In this document: positions 1 to 14,020 of the stretch, piece by piece
Position numbering within the stretch: the first letter of the stretch is position 1
Layout: each line of letters opens with the position of its first letter
Assembly (NCBI GenBank): GCA_028023455.1
Contig: JAQFVV010000010.1
Location: 5,208,001-5,272,000 of the forward strand
Source: Epiperipatus broadwayi
Taxonomy: Eukaryota; Animalia; Onychophora
DNA length: 64,000 bases
Direction of reading: 5' to 3'
Made by a program: the position numbers and the translations under genes
Notes under the pieces: generated by a model
Told to the model about the DNA's origin: nothing
The model's input: only the letters and a program-made list of their open reading frames with translations
Databases searched by the model: none

Positions 1-1560
1 CTGTGGCATCGTTTTATATTTCTGAATCTTTCTGGTGTTATTCATTACTGCTGCACATCTTTAATAATAGTGCTACTGCCCTATTATATTTGTAATAATT
101 TTCTTTGTTTTTTGGCAACTTATTATATCTCCAAGATCTGTCTTATTTGGGAAACTCTACCTTTGAGTATTCTGTTGTAAAATGTAACAACAACAGCTCC
201 ATCTTTCTTGATCAGGAATTCAATTAATTCATCATCAAATTATTCTTTTGCAAGCCAACCACAAATCTCTAGTAATTTATCTAACATAAATTATACACAT
301 TAGAAATATAAACTTATATTAATATATAACAGCATTTTTTAATTTGAATGTTTCTTCTATTACTTATGTTTAAGGCAGAATAATGCAAAACAACATTATT
401 TCACCAGGCTAATTAATTACCATTTCTATTTTTTTTTATTCTTGAGTTAAGAATAGCTAGATGTCTATTTACTTCTATGTTCTTCCTAAATTCTCATCTT
501 AAGTTTATTTGTTTACTTATTAATTAATCAATCTATAAATGGCATTTATGGATCTTTATATATACTGTAACATTTGTGAAGATTGTTTCGAGTGACTAAC
601 TTCCACCACTCTATTAATGATAATATACATTTTTCTATTTATTTATCCATCTCAGTTGGATAACCTTATTAAAATATCTGCCACATTTCTTATGCTTTTT
701 ATTTTATACATCACTTTATGTTGCCAAAATAATTATTCATGTGGTTTTGACAATCATATCTTTGTGCAAATTCAGATGCTATTTATAAATATACCAGATA
801 GTATTCTTGTAAACTTCTTTCTAGTGACAGATAATTCCTATTAAGATTGACCAATTTATCACTTTCAGAATTCTTCCTATATGGAATGCCTACTCATTTC
901 AAACTAATCAAAATAATGAGACAAACCATGAATATTTTTGACAACACATTTTCAGGATTTGCAACATGAATGGAATAAATTACTATAAGTTGCGATTAGT
1001 CTAATCTTATTACCCATAATGCAGTTTACACTTTCTGGTACTTTAAATTCTTTAGTTTGCAATAATTTTGAATTGTAACACAGTTTTTTTTTAAAGTGTC
1101 CTTGTCAGTTATGATAAGTCTATTTAGTGTTTCATATTTATATAAAATCAACAAAAGTTTAATTGCTTTTCAGTCTCCATAACAGGTGTTTTATTTAATA
1201 TAATTATTTAAGATCATTCTTACAAAATCTATCAGTTGGTATTCTTTATCTCTTTTCTGTATGTTTTTTATCTTATGTTGATTTACAGTGTATGCTTAAT
1301 ATCCAACCCTTTACTGGATTATTGCATTATTTCAATGAACAGTCTACAATCTTCAAACTGAATAGAACAAAAGACCAGCATTGTTAATTTTTTGTAGTAT
1401 AGTTAATTAATATCCTCAAAAATCTATTGAAGCTACCTGAATTGAAACCATGGAAGGTCTTGCATTTCACGTAGCAAATGAAATACATTTGCTTCACATC
1501 TGATTTTACACAAGTTTTAACAATAAAAGCAGAAGACAAGGTCCCATTAGCATCTATTCT
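1..1560 (-). mobile_element. Heavily decayed non-LTR retrotransposon (RTE-like) reverse transcriptase remnant
   Basis: Minus-strand translation gives broken RT-like words in the expected order: TFVDF near 1140-1160, then EFKVP...IRLI near 1000-1050. Many stops and frameshifts; boundaries approximate. Confidence 0.4.
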
Positions 1561-2367
1561 TATTGTCTGTGCAGATTAATTTTGAGATTCAAAAATGTGA
1601 ATAATCTTTTTGTATTATGAATGCAACATTTAGAAATAGATCCAACACTTTCTCCAATGTAATTATTTTGATTATTATTAAAAAAATTTAAGTTGACTAT
1701 CACATTGACTGACTTATTGAATTCACAATTCTCTGCTATCTTGAATATGTACTATTTATATATTTGGGGAATGTTAAAGACCATTTCATTTGATGTAATA
1801 AATAGTTAAGTAGCTTTTTGCTTGGGAGTTCATAAGAAAATTCCAGCATTACAAGTGGCAGAACTGAAATTGATCCAAGAATCTTCCGCTCCAATCTGAT
1901 ACTTTACCATTGCATTAAACCATGCATGGCATATTTGGTATAGATATTGAAATAATCTTTTTACTCTAAATTTGTTTAATCAATTTTTCAGAATATTCTT
2001 ACAATATCTATATAGCAACCATAAATAGAATATTCAAATCCTATATATTATTTAAAGTAGATAGATTTTACTATATTCAGAAAATAAAATTCATGAGAAC
2101 AAAAAAATTAATGAATTGAAATGAATCTAAGAATTGGTTGTTATTTACTTAATTTGTGGTTTCATAGATAATACTTTTTCTAAATATGAGCCCATAACAA
2201 TTTTATTTTATGGTTGTATAATATCTAAAGAAAATGTAGTTTTTTATTTTTTGTGTTGCAAATAAAATTTCTTTAATTTTTTTATATATATTTTAATACA
2301 AAAATTGTATATTATTTTTTCCATTAAGTAAAATAGTCATTTCTTGATTTAATACTTTCATTTTTAG

Positions 2368-2475
2368 GGTACCGTAATTATTATTGCTAATCATGGAGAT
2401 AGGATTGACATTCCTCCAGGTGCCATATTAGAAAACAAAATTGTATCTGGAAACCTGCGTATTTTGGATCACTGA
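2368..2475 (+). CDS. UGP2: UDP-glucose pyrophosphorylase (UTP--glucose-1-phosphate uridylyltransferase), terminal coding exon
   Basis: Acceptor tttttAG at 2361-2367, then 36 codons reading [35 protein letters not shown]. This nearly matches the animal UGP2 C-terminus as I recall it. No upstream exon was found in 1-2367. Confidence 0.97.
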   Translation, partial: GTVIIIANHGDRIDIPPGAILENKIVSGNLRILDH

Positions 2476-2611
2476 TACTGGTTTTTAACAAAATTATTTA
2501 TGGTAATCATAATAGTATCTTCAAATTGAATATATACTAAAAGATTTCTACGAAGTCTTTTTTTTTTTTTTTTTTGAGAGAGAGAGAGAGCTTGTTTTGA
2601 AATTAAGTGTA

Positions 2612-2617
2612 AATAAA
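2612..2617 (+). terminator. Candidate polyadenylation signal for UGP2
   Basis: First AATAAA after the stop codon; others follow near 2674, 2871 and 3051. The hexamer is common in such AT-rich DNA, so the true site is uncertain. Confidence 0.3.
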
Positions 2618-3343
2618 AGATTTTCATGCTTGCTTGTTATGGAAATTTTGTAAGCATTAAATAATGGTTAACCAAATAAAAGTGCAATATTTTTAATAAG
2701 AAAGAGAAAAATTTATAGTTTAACTTTACATTCTATTATGAAATTATGATAATTTATTGATAAGACTTATTATTTTTGGTGCTGAACTTTCAATATTGGC
2801 TCTTTCAATATTGTAATACATAAAACTGCTTATTTTGTTTTATTTTCATTTATGGAAAATATGTTTCTATAATAAAGAGTCTATTTTGTTGATATTTATT
2901 GTTTTTTGTACTAATTTTTTTTTGTCACTTCCATTCATACATTAGTAAATGTATAAATCTATTACTTTGTGATAATCATTTAGTGTAAGGTTTTTATCGT
3001 TTTATCAGCATTGCATTAGATAGTATGAGCATATATATCTATATGTATCAAATAAAACTATATATATATTTTATTAAGCACTTTAAAACATATTTTCTGT
3101 TATTCAATTTGAAAAAAGGTAAAATAGTTTGAAGTGAATGCGATCCGAAGATCTTATGTTGAGTAATATATAACTAATGGAAGAAGGTCTTCCCATGTAG
3201 CTATATGATTAAATGAAAAAAATTCTAAAGACAAAATTATTCCCTTGATAAATTTCCAGTGATATTAATGGAATATATTTATAATATTGTATTTGATAAC
3301 AGATTGCTGAAATATTTATAAGTTTAAGTATGAGGACTGTGAT

Positions 3344-3405
3344 GATGGTGATATAACTTATATATAATTGACCAGATGGTGATATAATTCATATATAATT
3401 GACCA
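3344..3405. repeat. 31-bp tandem duplication
   Basis: gatggtgatataacttatatataattgacca is followed by a near-identical second copy with 2 mismatches. Confidence 0.85.
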
Positions 3406-6400
3406 AGTAGCTATTGGCATTTTAGGTTTATTATGTATATGTAATACTATGTAACAGTTTGTCTGAAAGATTAATTATTTATTATTCTCTCTTCAAACGA
3501 TTAATCATGGCCCAATTTATATAAAGTTTAATGAAACTTCTTATAGAGTTTTAATTTCATTCCATTTTCTGTTATTGCTAGCTCTTGTCATCTATTTAAA
3601 ATCATAGACAAAGTTGGTAAGCAGTTATCCTCCTATCTGTTTGTAATATTGCTTTAACAATAGATTTATGAAATATGATCATTATAATATGAATATATTT
3701 ACTTTAAAGTCAAAATTCAATAAATAAGCAGGTGATAAATACAATTCAAAGAATTTATCTTGATATAATTCCACTAAAACTAATGTTTTTTTTATTTATT
3801 TGATACATAAACAATTATTCCTTGCTTTTTACAAATCAGTTTATTGGTTGATTTACAATAATTTTTATTTATATAATAAACTCTATGTATTTAATATTTA
3901 TCCTGTTTTAATATAAATTTTTTCAAATTTTTTTAAAAATAATGCAATATAGTAATGTCTTAAGAATTACTACTTGTGTTGGGTGCTTCTCATTGGATCT
4001 GCAAGTTAATTCTTTGGACAATATTATTGATTTTATTTTATTATTTGATGTTGAAAAAGATATGCAAAAAATCTAAAATGATGCAGAGAATAAATATCCA
4101 CACAAACAAAATTAAAGCTGTCACTTACATCATATCAAATAAATAATTATTCATCTGGAAAATGTACTAAAAGATTCTGAGATAATTTAGATTTTATTAA
4201 GAAATCTTGAATTTCTCCGGTACCCTAAAATTCAAATACAATGAAGCCGCAATATGTGCTATATTCCAAATGGGCTACATGATTATATTTATTAATAGTG
4301 TTTTTTCAGATTGCATTGAAAACACATATATTTTACCTTTTTTTTTTTAGCCTTTATGAATTTTCATGTAATTATAAAGTTCAAAATTATATGAAATTTA
4401 AGAAAATTTGTAAACTACCTTTCTTAAATGATGAAATGACAGTTATTTATTTTATAGTGGCAGAAAAAAAGAATTATAAAACATTCCTGTATTGTGTCAA
4501 AAAGCTTAAGTTTGAAGAGTTTAATCACGAATGTGAAATGAGTGATTATATATAGGGATGATTATACATTCCGAAATAAATATGGACTTAAAAATATCAA
4601 ATCAATTAGAAAGGTTTTAGTTTGTTGATAATGATACAGCAATTACATTTCTATAGGGTAAAATAAGCTCTTGAAGAAAAAGAATATCATCTAGATATAT
4701 TTAATTGCTATAAATTTCTGACCACTATTCACTTTATTTTAAAAAATAAACATACAGTAAATGTGAATAATTGAACACATCCACTAAATATATATATAAA
4801 TATGCACCCTTAATTTATTATTAATAGTTACAATATTATTTTTTAAAATTTTTATATGTACTATAATTTTAATTTATAGATGCATTCTATACATGTAAAA
4901 CACTTCTGTTATATATATGTATATGCATGTTGAAAGTAATGCACACTTTCAGATCAGTACATAATACATATTCTATTGCAATCCAAGTTTATCAACAAAA
5001 TGAGCTGTTATATGTTATATGCAATGTACATGAGGGCAGATTGGAATAAAATATAGCAAATATTGTAGAACCATTTCTATTGGTAATAACTCATTACATA
5101 GAGGTCTGTTATATATATATGTAACGGAAGAATGTTGTAATTTATTCGTGAGTACTAAAGTACATTATAGTACTTTAATTTCTCAAAACCATTATATATA
5201 TGAAAAACACATATAGTTGTAATACATTATTTATTAATGTTTTTTTCTTTGAAATACAGATCACGTTAGAATATTTAATAAATTTTTCAAAAGTTTAATG
5301 ATTTACATGAAATAAATTACAGTTTAGATTTTGGTCTGTATATATTCAGGGAATAATGTAACTACCCATCATTTATAATATATATTTTTTCATTGTTTTG
5401 TCTTTTACCAAATTTAGAAATTCTGAATTAAAAAATAAGTATTTATATTATAGACTATGATGGAGAACTCCAGCCCATAGGCCAAGTCTGGCCCTCAAAA
5501 GCTCTCAATATGGCTCCCACACATTTTCACAAATGTGTATAAAATAGATCTGCATAAAACTTCTATTTGAACACACATGTAGTGTTGTGTAAATATAAGT
5601 GCAAATATTGAAGTAAGCATCTATTATTATAAACTACCTCTGGACCAATAATATAATTCAATCTACCCATCAGATATTTCTCTATCCACACATAGTCTAC
5701 CTTTATTATCATCAATATGATACACTTTTTATTTATTTATAACAAATGAGATCATGATTATTATTATTGTTTTACCTTAACATTCATTCTTTTCCTCACT
5801 CTCATAAATAAAATTATATTTTATAATATATTTATTGTTATTTTTATAGAATCCTATACATTTTTATTTATCACCAGTATTTCATTCCATTTATCAAATA
5901 TACTTTATGATAATAAATTTGAAATATATCTACAAAACATTTTACCATACTACTTTTCAAAATTTATATCTACTAAAATATAAAGTTAATATGTTATACC
6001 CCACACACATACTTTCATGTTATAACTTATGTATACTATTCATATCGCTAAGCAAACTCTTCATTTTTTTTAAACAAAAATGAATAATAATAGGTTAATA
6101 CCTTTTAATCTTATATACTAAATTACATATAAAAATTATTTCAGTTATTGCTAACTATAATACCTAGCATTTATATTTCATATCAAACAAAACATATTAA
6201 TAATAAATTTAAAATTAAAAAATCTTTTTCTCTTTGTTTTTTTTAAGACAACCCATTTTGATTCCTAGTTTAACACTACCATGGTAACCCAATAGATAAT
6301 TCCTCATAAGTTTGGGTCCTTTTTATATCCTATTTCTGCTAAAAACACACGTACATTTAAGCAAAACATTTGGAAAATAATCACAACAATAACTGGACAA

Positions 6401-7104
6401 AAGTTTCTGAATTTGATGCATCTTTCATTCTTGACTAGTTTAAGTTAAATGCGCATAATTATACTCTTAAAAAATACAATAACGAAAGAGTTTAATAAAT
6501 ATTCTCAATAAATCTTCACATTATTTTTCCCACATTACAAAACTTTAAAATAAGTTTAATTAATTCATCAATAAGTTTTACTTCAACTTATCTCTTCACT
6601 CTTATTTAATAGTTTCGTAAATTTTTAATACACATAAATAAATTGATATACTTCCTGTACCATAATGTACCATCATTATTGACATCCACTATTAAAAAGT
6701 TAAACAGACTTTTCTGTCATCTTTGACCTTTTTATTATTCCTTTCTTATAATAATATAATAAGATTTCATTTTCTATTAAAACATGATAAATATTAATTT
6801 ATCTTTTTATCAATCCTCTTCTTTATTCATTATTAAATATATGCTAAACATTTTCTTCTTTAAATTTTTTCAAGCTATTTATAACATATTAATTATTCAA
6901 TTCAAAAATAATTTTAATTAGACTTATCACTCTCAACAGTCATTATTTTTAAAGTCCGATAAAATAATTATACAAGTTTTAAAAAATTATCTCTCTGGAT
7001 TTTAGATTTGTTTCTTGTTTTTGATATATAATTAATATAAGTATTTAATTTGGCATAAATAAACAAGAGTTTTTTTATGTAAGAGCAGATATAAACCCTC
7101 ACGA

Positions 7105-7310
7105 GTGAATTGTTTGTGTTTGGTGGGGGGGGTGGGGCATAAAAGGGAAAATATTGAGGCGGGTGGGTGGGGGGGGGGGGGGGGTGGGGTTGGGGGGTGT
7201 GGGGGGGGGGGGGGGGGGGGTTGGGGGGGGGGGGGGGTGGGGGGTGGGTTGGGGGGGGGGTGGGGGGGGTTGGGGTTTTTTGGGGTGGGGGTGGGGGGGG
7301 GGGGGTATAA
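7105..7310. repeat. Poly-G / (GGGGT)-rich low-complexity tract
   Basis: About 200 nt of G runs interrupted by T. It produces the spurious Pro-rich and Gly-rich ORFs in the track and may be an assembly artefact. Confidence 0.8.
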
Positions 7311-8759
7311 TATATATGTATTAAGTAAATGTAGTTGTCTTTTCTTTTTTATGGTTATTCCAAACAAGAATAATAACTAGCTTTTCTTTTAGAATTCCTT
7401 TAGATATCATTTAGTTATGAGTCAACTTTCAGAACTGCAATTAGGTCGTAATAAAGAAACTGGTTTAAACTCACTCCATGACATTTTGCTATAAAATATA
7501 TCTGTAGACAGCTTTTAAATATTTTTTTTTACCATTTAAAACTTAAAATATCTTTAAAACTTTTATAGTTTTTACAGAGCAAAAAAAAAATTGAAACTGC
7601 TCCCTTCTTTATTTTAATGAATTCCATACCTTCTCTCTTTCTTTTAAAAAATCCTGGGACAAGGTGACTTCAGAAAAATACTTAATTAAATTTCATTGGT
7701 CAATATCCCAAATCAACTATTATTACTTTTAAATAAATATTTTTCTGTCTACATTTAAAATAATTAAAATCAATAAATATTTTTCAAACGAAACCAATTT
7801 AAATCATTTCTTTAAAACTGAAATATAATTATATTTTTAATATATGATATTATTAATTGAATTTAAATATAAAGTTTAATAATAAATATTTATTTTTAAA
7901 TTATATTATTATTACAATAATTTTAAAATAATTATCTTGTAATCAATAATTGTTCCTTCTTTTATTTACTACAATTCTATATATTTAGTTTTTGAAAGAG
8001 CATTGCAATGAAAATAAATCAAAGCCAAATTTATCACCCCTGCAACTTTCACCTAATCTAATAACTCCATATAAAAAACGTTTGATTATAATATAAATAA
8101 TTATAAATAAAGGATGGTTATTAAATATCTTTACAGAATTCCATCTTTAATCTTTATGTATTCAGTTATTTATTCATGTCTTAATAATTAATTTATAGCA
8201 TTACTATTATCTAAATTTAAAATTTGGGAGCTATAATACACATTTTATATTCTATTTTTACTAGGATAATCAATCAAAAGGTTACAATATATTGTTAAAA
8301 TCACAAACCGCTGTTTAAATACAAAATTACATTTAAATAAGAAAAGAAGTAAAAAATCATTGAATTATATATATAACATAAATGCTTTTTTAAATGTATA
8401 TTAATACATACCTACAAATTAAGATTATAATATAAACAAACTTTATATAAAAAAATGTATTAATGGTAAATTGAGGGAGCACATTTATGTACAAATTTAC
8501 TATGTGTTCACTCATTCACATTCATTCAAAAAATAAAAATTATAATATAATGGTATGCAAAGATTTATAAGAGAGTAAGGAAATTCTAATAAGTTCTTGT
8601 TATACTGATTATGATAATAGTAGAATAAGCAAATCATCAACAGATCAAATATAAGTAGTAAACATAGCATAGTATCTGTATATCATCAGCAGCAACTATC
8701 AATAGTCATTCTTTGTGACTGGATTAAAAAGAATCATGATGTAAAATCTTAGACTAATA

Positions 8760-8854
8760 AACATCACATGATCACTATTTCTTATGCTTGTTCTTAACTG
8801 TTATTACTCTGGCTTGCACTGAGTGGCAATATGTATAGAGAGTTTTGCCTGTTT
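8760..8854 (+). mobile_element. Family A HHR retroelement, minimal inverted-junction copy (no HHR retained)
   Basis: Inverted arm aaacatcacatgatcac... joined to the family A 3' end ...gagttttgcctgttt. Flanked by an 18-bp duplication taaaatcttaga(c/t)taata at 8742-8759 and 8855-8872. Confidence 0.85.
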
Positions 8855-9714
8855 TAAAATCTTAGATTAATAGTCATCAAACAAATGCCAATTATGAGGC
8901 TTAATATAAAAGAGTAATTAGCAACATTTCTTTCTATATGCATGACCATAAGTACTAAAATATATCAACAAATGCTGTATCATTATATCAATGTTGATTA
9001 TCATCAAAGTTCTGGCTCATAATATACCATGATCATACCTGCTCACAAATAAACTAGTAATCATCATTATAAAATCTATAATGTAAAATGAATGGATTTT
9101 TAGGATCATCTTTATCAACTTAATACCATTTAAATAATTCTAAAGAGAATTATATAGATGTTTATACACACATTCCATTACCATTAATTCAGAGTTTTGG
9201 ATTGCAAAGACGCTGATGACTGTGAACAAGAAAATACAAAAATACAATATTTAATCCATTTAGTATTAAATAATACACTGGAATAATTTAAAATAATGAT
9301 TAATAAATTTATTAACTAACTAGAAGTAAAAAAATAATAAAATGAAAACTAATAAATTACAATACAAAATTACAATACAAATGCATCATTCTGATTTTGA
9401 CTTAGAGATGTTAAATATTTCTATAGATTGATGAACAAAACTATACATGTAACATTATTTAAATTATATTTTACAGAAATGTTATAGATTCATTTGGTAG
9501 TACAAAATGATCCAATTGGTAATTATCCTATATTACTCTAATTTAATAATACATATATAGTGAATAAATTTATGTATATGCATAAATGTATACATATATG
9601 GTGTGATGTGTTACAAAAATATTTTATTTCTTAATAATTAAATCCTTAAATCTATAGACTAATATTAGTCTATTTTAATCATTAATTCTTAATTTTCTTT
9701 AATCTTTTATAATA

Positions 9715-10616
9715 TTTGAATACAAGCATAGTTCATATACTTGGAGTTTAGATGTAGTTATAGGAGATTTGAATCCAGACTTTCAAGCTCCCTTTAGCTA
9801 TCCACTCTATGTCATACAATCAATACACATGACCACACACATGTGAAAAAGATAAATGATCTCTAATATACATTTCATGCTGAAACAACCCTCATCAGTT
9901 GATCCAGATCATCATCTCTCACCCATATATGTAATCAATGCTCAGTAACAAATCATCAAACTTTAAATGACAAACTTTGATCCAATCTCTTCAGCCATCC
10001 ATGCCATTGACAATCTGATGATAGAATGCCCACATCCCTTGTTGATGCCAATATTATTGTCATACCCATGTTGACTTTAAGTCATTGACCCTTCATGTCT
10101 AGGATTTTGTCCATTTAGATACAGAGAAGAGGGATGGGCAAGATACAGGCTGAATCGGTAATAATTAATATCTAAATTTCAAATATATGAATTATGTATG
10201 TAGCCTGTAACTTGTCCATCCCTCTTCTGAGTGTTTAAATTGATAATGTCCTTTACCTAAGGAATCAGAGTGACTTACAGACAACATGGGTCTGGCAATA
10301 ATATTGGCTTCAACAAGGGATTTGGGCATTCCATCATCAGATTTTCACTGGTATGGATGGCTGAAGAGTGGAGTTGATTGAATACTTCCATTAAAGTTTG
10401 AAGATTTGCTATCTTAATGTAAACCGAACACTGACTATATATTTGTGTGGAAGATGATGATCTGGACCAACTTATGAATGCTGGTTTAGAACTGAATTTG
10501 TATATTGGAGATCATTTACTTTTTTTACATTTGTGTGGTCATGTGTATCAGTTCTATGAGCTGGAATGGATAGCTAAAGAAAGCTTGAAAATCTGTATTC
10601 AAATCCCCTATAATTA
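9715..10616. mobile_element. Family C HHR retroelement, old foldback copy
   Basis: Two diverged inverted arms of about 430 nt, homologous to 51306-51591. Minus arm keeps CTGATGA...GAAA near 9865-9900; plus arm has a decayed core (cttatgaatgct...gaatttgtatattggagatc) near 10470-10512. Confidence 0.8.
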
Positions 10617-11865
10617 CATTTAACATTTCAACTAAATTATTTTTGCAATTTAATTACATAAATTACTAATATGTTAAAAACCTAATCTCAAAATTGGAAA
10701 TTTCATTATATTTTTCTAATTCTAAAACAAAAGCTTTTATGAAAAACATAACAAAATTTAAAGAACATATACTTGGGGTTTCTATCCCCTGGAAACTTTC
10801 AACTTTGTCCAGAAAATTTAATTTGGTCAGTCACTTTATATTTTCTTGTAAAACAATTTTTTTCATCAGATGCTTAATTTATTTAATTCATTCAAATGTT
10901 GTTTACTCTTAAAAGATTATTACACTAGAGGTCAATTACTTTCTTTTGGATAATAAATAGAAATAGATTTTTATTAACACCAAAGTTAGTATTTGAAATA
11001 ATGTCAATATTATGTTTACCACTTTCTATTTCTTTTTCTTATCATTGTAAAAAAATATCAGTAACAGCAAAAGGAGGATTTAATTATTAAGAAATAAAAT
11101 ATTTTTGTAACAGTGTGTGTTTCTATACATCTATTCGTTATTTATGTATTATTAAAGTAATATGGAATGATTAAGAATTGAATTATTTTGCATTACCAGA
11201 TGAATGTGTGTGTGTATATGTAATCTGTATGACCACTTACAAACTATGTATTTTTGTAAGCTATAATTAAAATAATGTTGTGTGTATAGTTTTGTTTGTC
11301 AATCTATGGAAATATTTAATATCTATATTAGTCAAAATCAGAATATATTTGTATTGAATTTCTTGGACCTTTCATTTTAGTATTATTTTTACTTTTAGTT
11401 TATTAATAAATTTATTAAGCATTATTTTTAAATTATTCCAGTGAAATTATTTGATACTAGAATAGAGTAAATATTATGTAATTTCTTATTCACAATCACC
11501 AGAATTTTTGTAATCCCAAAGCTAGCTCTGGATTAGTGATAGATGGAAAATGTGTGTGATATTATATAATTCTCTAAAATTATTTAGATGATGTTAAGCT
11601 AATAAAGATCAACTTGAAAGTTCACTCCCTTTACTAAAAACACTTTAGTAATTAACATTTTCTATCTATAAATTCAATTTCTTATCGAAACAAAAAAAAA
11701 TCACCTTTTAACATAGTTATTACACTTTAGCTATTTCAGGATTGCAAACAATTATGGAAAAAATATGCTTTTCTCTTTTCATTTATTTTTCTAATAAGCA
11801 ATTTGTTCTTTTTAGACATACAGACACTTCTGAAAATGAATTTTTTGAAATTATAGTTAGAAAAT

Positions 11866-13325
11866 GTAAGCAAAGAGCAAATTTGCTCAATAAGCTTTGT
11901 GATAAATTTTCAGACACTTAAATGTTCAAACCCAGCTATCTAACTCAAATAGCTATAGGGGGCCGAGTGATCTTCAGTCAAACCATATATTAGTAGTCTT
12001 AGCAATATAACATCACTTAAGACTTAAAGCAAAAACTATAAATAGTCAATAAAAAAAAGGCATATATATATCACGATTCCATTTCTTTTAAACAAAGAGC
12101 TTTGCTAATTGCTCAAGCTTTGTGATAAATGCTAACCAAGAGAAAGCATTTAAAATACCTCTTTCAGAAACCACACCAAGTCCCCTGACCAATGGTTTCA
12201 TGCTTTGGCACTCCTCAGAGGCGCTAAGGTAGTTTCAGATACTAGATCTAAAAATACCAACTCAAAAGCCAGCATTTATTTAAGAGTTAACCAATGAGTA
12301 GAAAATCTGAAATTTTCAGACACTTAAATATCTTCAAACCCAGCTATCTAACCCAAACCATACATTAGTAATCTTAACAATGTAAACGACTTAAAATTTA
12401 AAGCAAAGACTATAAATAGTTAATAAAAAGTCATATATCACATGACCCCATTTCTATTTTTAAGCTTGTAAAATGTAAACAAAGGGCTTTGCTAATTGCT
12501 TAACAAGCTTTATGATAAATCCTAACCAAGAGAAAGCATTTAAAATATCTATCAAAAACCACACCCAAATCCCTGACCCAATCATTTCATGCTTTGGCAC
12601 TCCACAGGGGCGCTAGGGTAGTTTCAAATATTAGATCTAAAAATACAAACCCTTAACAATTAGATAAATGCTCCCTTTGGGTTGGTATTTTTAGATCGTG
12701 TCTAAAACTATCCTAACACCTTTGAGGAATGCCAATGCATGAAACCATTAGTCAGGGGATTGGGTGTGGTTTCTGATAGATATTTTAAATGCTTTCTCTT
12801 GGTTAGCATTTATCACAAAGCTTGTTGAGCAATTAGCAAAGCTCTTTGCTTACATTTTACAAACTTAAAAAAGGAAATGGGTCATGTGATATGACATATT
12901 TTATTGACTATTTATAGTCTTTGCTTTAAGTCTTAAGTGATGTTATATTGTCAAGACTACTAATATATGGTTTGGCTGAAGATCTCTCAGCCCCATATAG
13001 CCGAGTTAGATAGCTGGGTTTGAAGACATTTAAGTATCTGAAAATTTCAGATTTTCTACTCAATGGTTATATTTCTAGATAAATTCTGGCTTTGGGTTGG
13101 TATTTTTAGATCTAGGGTCTGAAATTACCCTAGCACCTCTGAGGAATGTCAAAGCATAAAACCATGGGTCAGGGGATTGGGTATAGTTTCTGGTAGAAAT
13201 ATTTTAAATGCTTTCTCATGGTTAGCATTTATCACAAAGCTTGTTGAGCAATTAGCAAAGCTCTTTGTTTACATTTTACAAACTTAAAAAAAGAAATGGA
13301 GTTATGTATTTATATGACTCTTTTT
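11866..13325. mobile_element. Family D HHR retroelement: tandem ~390-420-nt units on the minus strand followed by inverted tandem units on the plus strand
   Basis: Periods read directly: cagacactt at 11911 and 12317 (406 nt); gaggaatg at 12724 and 13141 (417 nt). Four CTGAGGA-type HHR copies. Candidate TSD ttatag(t/a)tagaaaat at 11851-11865 and 13326-13340. Confidence 0.85.
12176..12229 (-). ncRNA. Type I hammerhead ribozyme, family D, intact core
   Basis: RNA sense: ccuuagcgccu CUGAGGA gugc-caaa-gcau GAAA ccauug GUC/ aggggacuugg. Stem I ccu/agg plus extension; stem III ACC/GGU. Predicted cleavage between 12187 and 12186. Confidence 0.8.
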
Positions 13326-14020
13326 TTATAGATAGAAAATCTTTTTAATAAACGAAATCCAGAATTATATCCAAATTTTGAAAGAAAGCATAGTTAATAA
13401 ACAAACTCACTTTAGGAAGCTGAAAGATATTCATAAAATTCAATAAATTCATAAACTTTAATGCTTTTATTTCCTAATTTATTTACAAATATTTTTTACT
13501 TACATGTTTTTTTTTTTTAATAATTGAAGTAGTCTATATTGATATAGTGCTGCTTAATTGCATACCTTGTAGTATGCATGGATTACTCATACTTGAAGTA
13601 GAAGAGTAAAGTGAAGATAACTGCTCTTTGCTTTAGTTTGGTAATTTTAAATGAATAATATGAAGACTAGCAAAAAATTAGTGATTAGAGAAAAATCTTT
13701 TTTTTTTTTTGTATATACATCAAGTCAATGTTAATATGATGAATTACATATTATACTTTTGGAATTCTATGAGATTATAAGATAGCTTACCCAATGTCAT
13801 TTTCAACCAAATATTTTAAATGGAAGAAATAACATTTCAAATATTAATCTGGATGAAAAAGTGGGAACTAATTAATTAAATTTATTTGCAAATTGGTAAT
13901 TTTTGAATTTTTCCGAAATAAAAACCAATATTTACAAAGTAATCTGAAACAGTTTTTTTATAAGTATTCTTTTATAGAACATCTAGAAGGCATAAAATGA
14001 TAATTCCTAGTTGTTTAAAT

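Noticed and set aside
1850-1932. tRNA/SINE-like head on the minus strand
   Set aside because: A and B boxes are too degenerate, and no TSD or tail was found.
5455-5530. Possible hAT left end (ccagcccataggccaagtctggccctc)
   Set aside because: It resembles MER-type hAT subterminal sequence, but there is no intact TIR, partner end or TSD.
7032-7380. Pro-rich (minus) and Gly-rich (plus) ORFs
   Set aside because: Both are simple read-outs of the G-run tract, with no splice context or family resemblance.
9654-9673. 20-nt perfect palindrome atagactaatattagtctat
   Set aside because: Isolated and AT-rich, so plausible by chance or local slippage.
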